The notes beneath the pieces were generated by a model. That model had not been told where the DNA came from. It worked only from the letters and a program-made list of their open reading frames with translations, and ran no database searches. 64,000 nucleotides of DNA, taken from positions 21,700 to 85,699 of the forward strand of contig SKMK01000034.1 in NCBI GenBank assembly GCA_007121075.1, written 5' to 3'. The position numbers and the translations under genes are program-made. Numbering within the stretch: position 1 is the first letter of the stretch; every line of letters starts with the position of its first letter. Below are positions 45,919-55,083 of this stretch, piece by piece. Origin of the DNA: Syntrophomonadaceae bacterium (lineage in GTDB: Bacteria; Bacillota; Dethiobacteria; DTU022).

Positions 45919-46697
45919 TTTGATACCCCCGGAACAGCCGGCATATAGAGCACCTGCATGTCTCCGAGCCCCATCCTGGCCTCGATTTCAATCGAAGCAG
46001 CGGCATTCTCCGCGTTAATTTTTCTTTTCAAGGAGAGTCCTCCGATTCCTGATTTTTGTTCACCGAAAACATCCAGTTCCCCGACTCCGACCGAGGCATT
46101 AATATCTACATTAACGCCGTCCGGGACCCTTATTGTTACATCTCCAATCCCTGCTTTCAGGTAAACCCGGTGATTACCCGGTTTGACATTGGCGGTGGTA
46201 AAATCGATTACCACATCTCCGATACCGTGAAAGAACTCAAGGTCCTGATCAAGGGTCCAGGGAACCCGGCCATGATAAAGATCACCGATGTGCCGCAGGC
46301 TAGAGTAGGCTTCTTTATCCGTATCATGATCACCATGCCGGAAAAAAAGTTTCCTGAAAAACAGGTTCCGGTCCCCAAGCAATATCGACAGCCCTACGGC
46401 CACCAGGATCAGGGGCCAGCCAAACCGGGCAATGTCGCCACCGCTGATATCAGTTATCCCGGCACCTGAAAGGATCCCGAACAGGCCAATTCCGCCAACC
46501 CACAATCCCAGGCCCAAAGTGACCCAGGAGATAAGGCCAAAACTGATACTTTCCGAGAGTATTACAATACCAAGCAGCAGCAGCACCGTAGGCCAGAATG
46601 CAAACCCGAAGTCATAAACTCCGAGAACCTGCAGTAAAACGAGGACCCCAAGAACTACGAAAATTAATCCCCATAACCGCTTTTTCATTTCAAGCAA
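45915..46697 (-). CDS. LiaF-like membrane protein (cell-wall-active antibiotic response, DUF2154-type C-domain)
   Basis: 260 aa. 4-5 N-terminal TM helices, then a beta-rich C-domain with repeated GIGDV(V/T)I segments. The gene order F-S-R is as in liaFSR/vraTSR. Confidence 0.75.
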   Translation of the reverse strand: MLEMKKRLWGLIFVVLGVLVLLQVLGVYDFGFAFWPTVLLLLGIVILSESISFGLISWVTLGLGLWVGGIGLFGILSGAGITDISGGDIARFGWPLILVAVGLSILLGDRNLFFRKLFFRHGDHDTDKEAYSSLRHIGDLYHGRVPWTLDQDLEFFHGIGDVVIDFTTANVKPGNHRVYLKAGIGDVTIRVPDGVNVDINASVGVGELDVFGEQKSGIGGLSLKRKINAENAAASIEIEARMGLGDMQVLYMPAVPGVSN

Positions 46698-46998
46698 CCC
46701 CTTTGTTTTTTCGTTTGGCGGCCTGTTCCAGTATTCCTGCCGCTGCTTAAAGATTAACAGGGCCCTTTATTAAAACAAAGGTTCTGCAGAACGATCTTTA
46801 TATCGTCCTAAAGTATGATTTTTACCTTTTAAAGAATTATAACACAGGAGCGGGTAAGCAAGACTGAATCCGGTCCTGTGTGAAAATCTAAAAAAGGCGA
46901 AATTAAAATTGGGGTTTATTGCTATGCTTTAAACAGCAAACTATGGTAAAATCAGAGGTGTGTTTTGCTGATTTATGCTGTGAGGTGAGGCAACAACC

Positions 46999-49140
46999 AT
47001 GCATAAGATGTTTTACCCTGAATCAATCGTCATCATCGGATTATCTTCAAAATCAAGCAATATTCCCAGGCTTACCCTGGAGAATCTACTGCGCTGGGGC
47101 TACCGGGGCAGAATTTTCGGGGTTAACGAAAGAAGCGAAGACGTCCATGTAGACGGCATCAAGATGTTTAAAAATATCGAGGACCTGCCCGAAGTCCCGG
47201 ACATGGCCTACTGCATGACCCCGGCTAAACTGATTCCGGGTATGATGGAGCGCTGCGGCGAGTTTGGCATCAAGAGGATGGCCATTCCTTCAGGCGGCTT
47301 TTCCGAATACAGCGATGAAGGAAGATCACTGTCCGAAAGATTGATGACTCTGGCCCGCAAGTACGGCATCCGCTTTGTCGGGCCCAACAGCGTTACCGTG
47401 GCCAATACCGACAACGGCCTCTGCCTCCCATTTGTCGCCCTCCACAAGGCCCCAAAAGGCAACATGTCTATCATTTCCCAGAGCGGCGGCGTAGCCCTGA
47501 CCATGCTCAACTACCTGCAAGATGAAAAGATCGGCCTGGCCAAGTTTGCGAGCATTGGGAACAAGCTTGACCTGGACGAAGTCGATTTCCTGAAGTATTT
47601 CGGCCGGGATCCGCAAACCGAAATCATCTGCGTGTACCTGGAAAGCTTAAACCGGGGCCGGGAATTTATAAAGGTGGCCGAGAAGATTGACAAACCGGTA
47701 ATTGTTTACAAGGCCAGCACCACCGAAACGGGCAACCGGGCCGCCATGAGCCATACGGCGGCCATAAGCAGCGACGAAAGCATTATCAATTCAGCCTTTG
47801 AAGAAGTCGGCGTGATCCGCATCGAAAACTTCCTGGACTTTATCGAAGTAACCAAAGCTTTTCAGCTGCCCCCAATGAAGGGGCGGCGGATCATGGTCAT
47901 GAGCCCGGCCGGTGGCTTTTCGGTCATGGGTGCCGACCTGTGCGAAAAAGCCGGTTTCGAATTTGCCGATATGGGCAAAGATTTTTACGACAGCCTAAAG
48001 CAGTTCAGCAACGCCGGGGTAATCAGGTTTTCCAACCCGCTTGATATGGGTGACATTTATGACCCCCAGCTGACCGCTCACGTGATTTACTCGGTCATGC
48101 ATTCCGACCGGGTCGACGGTTCCATCTACATCAGCCAGAGGCCGCAGATGCCCTCAGGTGACAATATCTTTCAGAGAATGTTTTTATCCGACCTTTCCAA
48201 GGAAGCCTGGGGTTCAATCCTTTCATCAGGCAAACCCCTCGGCGTATGTCTTTTTGGTCCAACCCGGATCATCCAGCAGAGCAAGCGCTCTGTGGAATTT
48301 CCCATCTTCAACAGCCCGGAGGAAATGATCAAGGCCCTGGGACTTCAGATGAATTACTACCAGAGAAAAACCTGGGGCCAAACCCTGGATAAATACACTC
48401 CTCCCCACGGCATCGACCGCAAAACGGCACTGCAGTGGCTCACCGATAAAGAAGGGGATTACGGTGAAGAAGCCCTGGAACTTTTAAACGCCTACGGTCT
48501 GCAAACCGCCCCATCGGCAACAGCATCGAACAGAGATGAAGACGCCACCCTGGCTGAAGAACTGGGTTTTCCGGTAGTGATGAAGGTTGTTTCCCCCGAC
48601 GCCCTCCACAAATCTGATGCCGGCGGGGTTTTGCTTGGCCTGGAAGACCCTCAGCAGGTAACCGAAGGTTATGACACCATCCGCCGGAACCTTCTTGCCT
48701 ACAAGGAAATGGCCCGGTTTGAAGGAGTCAGGATCCAAAAAATGGCAGAAGAAGGCTATGACATGTTCATAGGGGGCAGGCAGGATCCCTCCTTTGGCCC
48801 GGTTATATTTTTTGGCATGGGTGGTATATATGTTGAAGCTTTCCAGGATATAGCCAATGTCATCTGTCCTGCCGGGAAAGAAAGTGTGGAAAAAAGGATT
48901 CGGAGATTAAACGCTTTCAAAGTACTCAAAGGCATACGCGGAAAAGCACCAGGCGACACAGAAGCTTTCGTCGACCTGGTGGTTCGCACATCCAACCTGC
49001 TGACTGATCATCCCGGCATCAAAGAGCTCGACATTAACCCGGTCCGGGTTTTCCCTGAAAAAGGCGGAGCAATCGCTCTCGATGCCAGGATTCGTTATCA
49101 ACCTCAACCGGTGGGGAAAACAGCTTCAAACCGGGTTTAA
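46999..49140 (+). CDS. ADP-forming (NDP-forming) acyl/acetyl-CoA synthetase, fused alpha-beta type
   Basis: 713 aa. N-terminal CoA-binding domain, phosphohistidine context AAMSHTAAIS, C-terminal ATP-grasp domain (FPVVMKVVSPDALHKSDAGGV). No GNAT domain, so it is not Pat-like. Confidence 0.82.
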   Translation: MHKMFYPESIVIIGLSSKSSNIPRLTLENLLRWGYRGRIFGVNERSEDVHVDGIKMFKNIEDLPEVPDMAYCMTPAKLIPGMMERCGEFGIKRMAIPSGGFSEYSDEGRSLSERLMTLARKYGIRFVGPNSVTVANTDNGLCLPFVALHKAPKGNMSIISQSGGVALTMLNYLQDEKIGLAKFASIGNKLDLDEVDFLKYFGRDPQTEIICVYLESLNRGREFIKVAEKIDKPVIVYKASTTETGNRAAMSHTAAISSDESIINSAFEEVGVIRIENFLDFIEVTKAFQLPPMKGRRIMVMSPAGGFSVMGADLCEKAGFEFADMGKDFYDSLKQFSNAGVIRFSNPLDMGDIYDPQLTAHVIYSVMHSDRVDGSIYISQRPQMPSGDNIFQRMFLSDLSKEAWGSILSSGKPLGVCLFGPTRIIQQSKRSVEFPIFNSPEEMIKALGLQMNYYQRKTWGQTLDKYTPPHGIDRKTALQWLTDKEGDYGEEALELLNAYGLQTAPSATASNRDEDATLAEELGFPVVMKVVSPDALHKSDAGGVLLGLEDPQQVTEGYDTIRRNLLAYKEMARFEGVRIQKMAEEGYDMFIGGRQDPSFGPVIFFGMGGIYVEAFQDIANVICPAGKESVEKRIRRLNAFKVLKGIRGKAPGDTEAFVDLVVRTSNLLTDHPGIKELDINPVRVFPEKGGAIALDARIRYQPQPVGKTASNRV

Positions 49141-49178
49141 CCGTAATTTCCTGTTTGACACTCAACGCCGCCAAAAAA

Positions 49179-50132
49179 TCATCTGCGGTTGTTCCTGATT
49201 ATGCCGGAGCAGGGAATAACTTCGATCCCTTTTTGCTCGAGATCATCGAGAAGCAGGTTCATGCCGATCGAGTCACTGGCGATATGGCCGGCAATAACCA
49301 CGTTGATATGGTGCTTTTCCGCCTGTTTGCGGTTTTTCTCGCTGATGTGCATTCCTACTATGGTCCCTACTCCCGCCTGGGACAGCCTGGCATAGGCCTT
49401 TTCGGAACCGCCGGTGCCACCGGTCATGTCCACCAGGACTTTGCCGGCGCGGCGTTCCTTGTTGCCAATGAAGATATCGGGACCGGCCCCATGTTTGCTT
49501 GCCTCGGTGTATTCTGGAATATCCTTTAAAAGCTTCAAAATATCGTCCAGGGTGCGCGGTTCCTCTTTGTCAAACAAATCCTGCAAAAATGCCGTAACCT
49601 GGTTGTCGGCTACAGTGTGGGCGCTCATTATGGCAATGTCCAATATTTTTGCCGCATCGATGGCCCGGTTATGGTTGATCGGCATTAACCCTCGTTTGAC
49701 CTCACTGATCCGTGAAGACATAATACCCTCGGCAACGTTGATCGGAACTCCGTACCGGGCCAGGATATCTTCCTGCATATGCATGACATCGTGCAGCCTG
49801 GACAGGGCCTTGCCTTCCGGGTGGTGGGTCATGATTAAATCGACCGGCCGGCCTTTTTCGGCCAGGCGATCGGCCAGGAGGACTTCCCCCACTTCGATAT
49901 CGACCCCAACCATTATTCTTTTTACTTCGGCCTCCGGGTCACCACACAATATCCGCGTATCGCTGTAGGGGTTGCTTAACTTTTCCTGATCATAACTTTC
50001 TTTTTCTTTCTCCTTCATCTCTTCGAACTTTTTCTTTTCCCTGTTCAGTAATTCTTCGATTTCTTCGCGTTTCCGGGGATCCTTTTCCATGCCTTTCTCG
50101 ACCACAAAATCATATATTTCCTTGATTTTCAA
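49179..50132 (-). CDS. NIF3 (NGG1p-interacting factor 3) family dinuclear-metal protein
   Basis: 317 aa, TTG start. Motifs DLIMTHHPEG and HTVADN, HIASD. A Lys/Glu-rich insertion lies near the N-terminus. Confidence 0.7.
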   Translation of the reverse strand: MKIKEIYDFVVEKGMEKDPRKREEIEELLNREKKKFEEMKEKEKESYDQEKLSNPYSDTRILCGDPEAEVKRIMVGVDIEVGEVLLADRLAEKGRPVDLIMTHHPEGKALSRLHDVMHMQEDILARYGVPINVAEGIMSSRISEVKRGLMPINHNRAIDAAKILDIAIMSAHTVADNQVTAFLQDLFDKEEPRTLDDILKLLKDIPEYTEASKHGAGPDIFIGNKERRAGKVLVDMTGGTGGSEKAYARLSQAGVGTIVGMHISEKNRKQAEKHHINVVIAGHIASDSIGMNLLLDDLEQKGIEVIPCSGIIRNNRR

Positions 50133-50238
50133 GTTGGTAACCGCTCCTTTTTAAGGTTTTATATTATTCCCGGTTACTCTTTAGGCCTGTTCTGTGGTGA
50201 AGCCGGGTAAAACTTGTTATTTATGATGATGCCAGTTA

Positions 50239-51528
50239 TCACTTACCGGCAATCCTGCGGATTTCTTCCAAAAGACGGTCTATTTCTTCTTCTGTATTGT
50301 AGGGACAAAGTCCTGCCCTGACCAGGCCGCCACATTGATCAAGGCCCAGTTTTTCCACCAGGCGGATAGCGTAAAAATGCCCATCCCAGACAAAGAGGCC
50401 TTTTTGGCCCAGTTCGGCGGCCACCCGGCCCGCATTTATTCCCTCGACGGTGAAGGAAATGGTCGAGGTGCGCGGGTAGTCACGAGGCGGTCCGTATACC
50501 CGGACCCTTCTAATCGATGAAAGCTCGTCAAGCATTTTTTCCGCCAGGGGCTGTTCATAGCGTTCCATCGCCTCCATTCCGGCCAGGACATTACGGCGCC
50601 GCCCGGATAGATGTTCCTCACCCGCTATTCCAGTCTTTCTTTCCTGGCGGCCAAACCGCTTGCCCAGATCGGCAATGAAGTGCACCGCTTCAGAGGCTCC
50701 GGCTATGCCTTCATGGTTGAGGGTCCCCGTTTCGATCAAGTGGGGAATCGAGTCGGACTGGGTCCGGAGCCGGTAAGCGGGTAGTTCAGAGAACAGATCT
50801 TTTTTCCCGTACAGGATCCCGATATGAGGGCCGAAAAACTTATACGCCGAGCACAGGAGATAGTCGGCGCCGATTTTTTTTACATCGATAGGACCGTGCA
50901 GGGCATAGTGCACCGCATCGACAACACTGATCGCCCCGGCCTCACGGGCCAGGCGGATTAATTCTTCCACATTGTTTATGGTGCCGACACCGTTCGAGGC
51001 ATAGTTGAACGCGGCCACGAAAGTGTTTTCCGAAAGCTTATCCCGGTAATCCTTCATATCAATGGTGCATGTTTCAGGGTCCATCTTGACCTCGCGGATT
51101 GTGTAGCCTCTTTCCTCCAGGTCCAACCATGGACCCCGGTTGGCCTCGTGGTCAATCTCAGTAATTATTATCTCACGGCGCCGGCCCGGCCTGCGGGCCA
51201 GGGCCAGGGCCAGTTGATAATTCATGGTGGTCATATTTTGCCCGAAGGCAATCTCGTCAGGCCCTGCTCCCAGAAAATCAGCCATGGCTAACCTTGCCTC
51301 TTTGATTACGTGATCCGAGTTGCTGCTGGTAAAAAACTTTCCTCCTGCATTGGCATTGCAGTGAACCAGATAGTCGGTAACGGCATCAAGGACCCTCCGG
51401 GGCACCTGCGTCCCGCCGGGGCCGTCAAAGAACGCCGCCGGATAACCGTTTACCTTTAGCGAAAGGGCCGGAAATTGGTTCCTGATATATTCGAGATCGT
51501 AATATGGATCTTGATTTAGGCTCATCAT
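50239..51528 (-). CDS. Class V aminotransferase, cysteine desulfurase-like
   Basis: 429 aa. PLP-Lys context LLCSAYKFFGPH, and DAVHYALHG. Its start is directly adjacent to the stop of the upstream MBL gene (51528/51529). Confidence 0.8.
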   Translation of the reverse strand: MMSLNQDPYYDLEYIRNQFPALSLKVNGYPAAFFDGPGGTQVPRRVLDAVTDYLVHCNANAGGKFFTSSNSDHVIKEARLAMADFLGAGPDEIAFGQNMTTMNYQLALALARRPGRRREIIITEIDHEANRGPWLDLEERGYTIREVKMDPETCTIDMKDYRDKLSENTFVAAFNYASNGVGTINNVEELIRLAREAGAISVVDAVHYALHGPIDVKKIGADYLLCSAYKFFGPHIGILYGKKDLFSELPAYRLRTQSDSIPHLIETGTLNHEGIAGASEAVHFIADLGKRFGRQERKTGIAGEEHLSGRRRNVLAGMEAMERYEQPLAEKMLDELSSIRRVRVYGPPRDYPRTSTISFTVEGINAGRVAAELGQKGLFVWDGHFYAIRLVEKLGLDQCGGLVRAGLCPYNTEEEIDRLLEEIRRIAGK

Positions 51529-52470
51529 TTACACCTCTTCTTTCCCGGGTAATTTAATAACCAGACCCGTGCGAAGCTTCTCAAATCGGTCTTTAAATCT
51601 GTCCAGTAACCTGGCTTCAGCTTTCAATCCAGTGCAGTGGCCGGTGTGTATTTGGCCCACATCCATCCCGATCAGGTTTTCAATGGTTTTGTCGATCCTT
51701 TCATCTTTAGCATCAATCAGGTGAAATCCGCCAATAATGGCGGCAACCTTGTTAACTCCCGTTAACCGGACAGCAGTTTCAACTATACTGATAATCCCGG
51801 CGTGGGAGCACCCGGTAATAATGACCAGTCCTTCCTGCATGATGAAAATAATGGAAGTATCATCGGCCATCCAGTCTGGAACCTGCTTACCTTCCTGCAG
51901 GGTTAGCAAGGAAAGGGTGGGCGAGGCCTCAAACTGAACCCGCTCCCTTATTTCTCCGGTACTGACGGCGCCCGGCATCAGGAGCAACGGTTCCCCGGTC
52001 AGGAGCATTTCTCCTCCCGCCTTTCTGATCGCTTCAGAGCTGTTTTCCGGGCCCATTCCTACAAGCCGCAGGGCTGTCTTAACCGAATAATTAGGGCGAA
52101 AAATAGAAGGATGAGCTATTACCGGAATCCTGCAGCGGTCGCTTGCCTCCAATATTTTCACCAGGCCTCCAGTGTGATCATAGTGGCAATGAGAAAGGAC
52201 TACCAGGTCTAGATCCCGGGGTTCTTTACCCAGAAGCTTCATATTGCCCAAAACCGGTCCGGCAGACTGCCCGGTATCAAAGAGAATCGTCCGATCCGCT
52301 TTTTTATCCTGCCTGTAACCGGCTTCGATCAAATACGATACCCCGTGCTGGGACAGCAGTCCGGAATCATATCCGGCATAATCATCCATGAGTACCGTAA
52401 CTTTTAAGGTGTCAAGAAAACCATAGTCCGTTTTCACCCAATCAACTCCTTCCACTACTTTATTAAGCAA
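51529..52470 (-). CDS. MBL-fold metallo-hydrolase (beta-RFAP-synthase-like subgroup)
   Basis: 313 aa. Motifs LSHCHYDHTGG and GCSHAGI, TGHCTG. Confidence 0.75.
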   Translation of the reverse strand: MLNKVVEGVDWVKTDYGFLDTLKVTVLMDDYAGYDSGLLSQHGVSYLIEAGYRQDKKADRTILFDTGQSAGPVLGNMKLLGKEPRDLDLVVLSHCHYDHTGGLVKILEASDRCRIPVIAHPSIFRPNYSVKTALRLVGMGPENSSEAIRKAGGEMLLTGEPLLLMPGAVSTGEIRERVQFEASPTLSLLTLQEGKQVPDWMADDTSIIFIMQEGLVIITGCSHAGIISIVETAVRLTGVNKVAAIIGGFHLIDAKDERIDKTIENLIGMDVGQIHTGHCTGLKAEARLLDRFKDRFEKLRTGLVIKLPGKEEV

Positions 52471-52614
52471 AGAGGCTGTAATCTTTTCATCATTCTATAA
52501 GCATTGATCTATTTCACTGGTTTCTAATCTAAAATTATATCACAACCAGGCGAGGCAGGAATTTTACATACAGGCAACGAATTGCTGATTAACCGTTCAT
52601 ATTTACAGGATTGA

Positions 52615-52872
52615 AGATCCAAGAAAAACATAGTTTTGCTTCCGGATACTCACCTCGAAGGAGCCTGCAAGGTGGCTGAAAAAATGCGCCGGACCATAGA
52701 GGGATGCACATTCACCGGAAAAATGGAAGATCTGCGCCTTACCGCCAGTTTCGGATTAGCATCATTAGATCATAATGAAAACGCTACATTTGATAGTATT
52801 TACCAGAAAGCGGACAGGCCTTTATACGAAGCTAAAACCAGCGGCCGAAACCGGGTGGAACTTGCCCGATAA
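52615..52872 (+). pseudogene. Remnant of a diguanylate cyclase gene (C-terminal third of a GGDEF domain only)
   Basis: The frame opens after TGA 52612-52614 and reads RSKKNIVLLPDTHLEGACKVAEKMRRTIE...TASFGLASL...IYQKADRPLYEAKTSGRNRV. That is the part of a GGDEF domain that follows the GGDEF motif. The motif and everything N-terminal to it are missing, and there is no SD. Confidence 0.6.
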
Positions 52873-52892
52873 AAGCCAGAGGAGGAGTTTAT

Positions 52893-53621
52893 ATGAGTTT
52901 TGGTGATGAATTTCAACGCCTGAGCAAATATTTAAGAGAGTCACTGAAAGGAAAAGGACTGGACTGGGGAAATAAACCGTCCCTGTATAAAAAATACTCC
53001 GGGGCCAAGGAGACAGCTGAGCTTCCCGGAGCCGAGTGTGAGGGCGGCAAACCCCTGTACCAAACTATACAGCAGAGGCGATCTGTCCGAAATTATCAAG
53101 ATACTGCCGTAGACGGCAAAACTCTCTCCCAGGTGCTGTGGGCTGCCCAGGGTATAACTTTAGCCACAGAGTACCACCAGTTCAGGGCCGCCCCTTCGGC
53201 CGGGGCTCTGTATCCGATCGAAACTTACTGTGTGATCAATAATGTTGAAGGTTATAAGCCCGGCCTTTATCACTACCAGGTTCCTTACCACACCCTGCTC
53301 CTGATCAAAGAGGGCAGTTTCGGCTCAGATTTGGCCCGGGCGGCACTCGGCCAGAAAATGTTGCGCGATTCTGCTTTTAATTTAGTCTGGGCTGCTGTGA
53401 TCGAGCGGTCGAAATGGAAATATGACCAGCGCGCCTACCGCTATATTTACCTTGATGCCGGACATATTGCCCAGAATGCCGCCCTGGCAGCTGCAGCATG
53501 CGGCCTCGGCTCCTGCCAGGTAGGCGCTTTCTTTGATGAAGAAGTAAACCGGGTTATTGATGTCGACGGAGAAGCCGAATTTGCCATATACATGTCTTCG
53601 TTCGGCATCCCCAAAGTGTAA
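52893..53621 (+). CDS. SagB-type dehydrogenase / nitroreductase-family protein
   Basis: 242 aa, GGAGGAG upstream. Motifs RRSVRNY, APSAGALYP and YLDAGHIAQN are typical of the SagB/ThcOx nitroreductase clade. Confidence 0.8.
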   Translation: MSFGDEFQRLSKYLRESLKGKGLDWGNKPSLYKKYSGAKETAELPGAECEGGKPLYQTIQQRRSVRNYQDTAVDGKTLSQVLWAAQGITLATEYHQFRAAPSAGALYPIETYCVINNVEGYKPGLYHYQVPYHTLLLIKEGSFGSDLARAALGQKMLRDSAFNLVWAAVIERSKWKYDQRAYRYIYLDAGHIAQNAALAAAACGLGSCQVGAFFDEEVNRVIDVDGEAEFAIYMSSFGIPKV

Positions 53622-53699
53622 AAATATCGGGGATTCCTTAATATTTAGAACTCCTCCCGGTTTTCACGCCCCTAATTATTCGATTTTAGGAGGCCTGAG

Positions 53700-54113
53700 A
53701 TGGACTGCAAACGGGTAGAAATTTCATTTAGTACCTCCAGCCGGGAAATGCTCTACGACATTACCAGCCGGGTTAAGCAGGTAGTCCGGGAAAGCGGATT
53801 GCAAAATGGCCTGGTAAATGTTTACGCCCAGGGGGCGACAGCGGCAGTGATGATCCAGGAGGGGTGGGACGACAGCGTCCAGAACGATGTAGTCAATCTG
53901 CTGGCCAGAGTAATCCCCCGGGGGATCTGGGAACATGACCGCCAGGACGGCAATGCCGACGCCCACTTGAAAGCCGGCCTGGTCGGGCCCAATGAAACAA
54001 TCCCTCTCCTGGACGGGAAAATGGGCCTTTCCACCTGGCAAAACATTTTCTTCTGCGAATTTGACGGCCCGCGCCGGAAAAGGACCGTTTACGTGACTGT
54101 GATCGGAATATAA
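53700..54113 (+). CDS. yjbQ: YjbQ/UPF0047 family protein (secondary thiamine-phosphate synthase-like)
   Basis: 137 aa, AGGAGG upstream. Motifs HTTAA-like ATAAVMIQE, DADAHLKAG, GTWQNIFFCEFDGPR. Confidence 0.8.
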   Translation: MDCKRVEISFSTSSREMLYDITSRVKQVVRESGLQNGLVNVYAQGATAAVMIQEGWDDSVQNDVVNLLARVIPRGIWEHDRQDGNADAHLKAGLVGPNETIPLLDGKMGLSTWQNIFFCEFDGPRRKRTVYVTVIGI

Positions 54114-54165
54114 AGCAAGAGGTAAGAAAATATTTTTAACGCAGGCAAAAAGTAAAATAACATAA

Positions 54166-54209
54166 ATTAAACTGAGCCGCGGGAATTAACATATGCAGCT
54201 CAGTTTAAT
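54166..54209. terminator. Long perfect hairpin between convergent genes (bidirectional terminator candidate)
   Basis: ATTAAACTGAGC (54166-54177) - 20 nt - GCTCAGTTTAAT (54198-54209), a 12 bp perfect stem with AT-rich flanks on both sides. Confidence 0.55.
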
Positions 54210-54263
54210 ATATATCTTTCCTTCAGCCGGGCCTAAATTGATCATTAAACAGGGTTTGTTTTT

Positions 54264-54962
54264 CTAATAGTGAACATCACCATCGATCCTGAAAACAACA
54301 TCTCCGGGCTCAAGCTCTATTTCTTCGCTAAAAACTACCCGCCAACGATCATCACCATCAAATGTAGCCTTGTCACCCAAAATCCTTACTTCTTCAATAT
54401 TAGCTATATAATATCCTAACTCGCTATACAGGGCACCTTCACCAACAATTACGTCTACGATTGAAAATCCCCACGGTTCATGCCAGGTCTCCTGAACCTC
54501 ATACCAGTCCGCATAATCGGTTGGCCTCGGAGTCCGGAACTTTACAGTGGCGACTCCTTCCAGGTACATTTCCAAATCCGGGTCTGGCGGATCAACCACG
54601 TACTTCTCACCTTCTTGTTCAGGATCTGCAATTAAATCATCATAACTCAGGCCGTCTTTAACCGCTTCACTATAGTGAAGAACATATTGATTTCCATTGA
54701 TTTCCATCTCGATCCAGACATCCAGATGGTTCTTCAATGCCTCTGTTATTCCGGTAACAGTGGCATCATAAAGCGCTTTTTTGTCCTGCCAAAAATATTC
54801 GATAGCCTCTTCGTAATCAACAACAATAATTTTTCCATCCGCACGTTCAAAGTAGACCTTTTCAGGGACACTAACTTCATTCGCATAAGCAGCAGCTGAG
54901 AAAGCAATAAGTAAAACCATCATTACCGCCAGGCTTATGGCAGTCTTTTTAAATAAAACCAT
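54264..54962 (-). CDS. Hypothetical secreted/membrane-anchored protein (232 aa from ATG 54962)
   Basis: The ORF track starts at TTG 55001. ATG 54962 has GGGAG 10 nt upstream. A signal-anchor (FKKTAISLAVMMVLLIAFSAAAYA) is followed by an acidic beta-rich domain. No family recognised. Confidence 0.6.
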   Translation of the reverse strand: MVLFKKTAISLAVMMVLLIAFSAAAYANEVSVPEKVYFERADGKIIVVDYEEAIEYFWQDKKALYDATVTGITEALKNHLDVWIEMEINGNQYVLHYSEAVKDGLSYDDLIADPEQEGEKYVVDPPDPDLEMYLEGVATVKFRTPRPTDYADWYEVQETWHEPWGFSIVDVIVGEGALYSELGYYIANIEEVRILGDKATFDGDDRWRVVFSEEIELEPGDVVFRIDGDVHY

Positions 54963-55083
54963 TTTACTTTTTCTCCCTTCATTTTTTTTATATTTTTCCA
55001 AGCAAACCCGGCCCCCATAATTTTTCCTTTCAACCCACCTCCCTATCCAATAATACCTTTCTTCGGATCACAAGAAGCACAAT

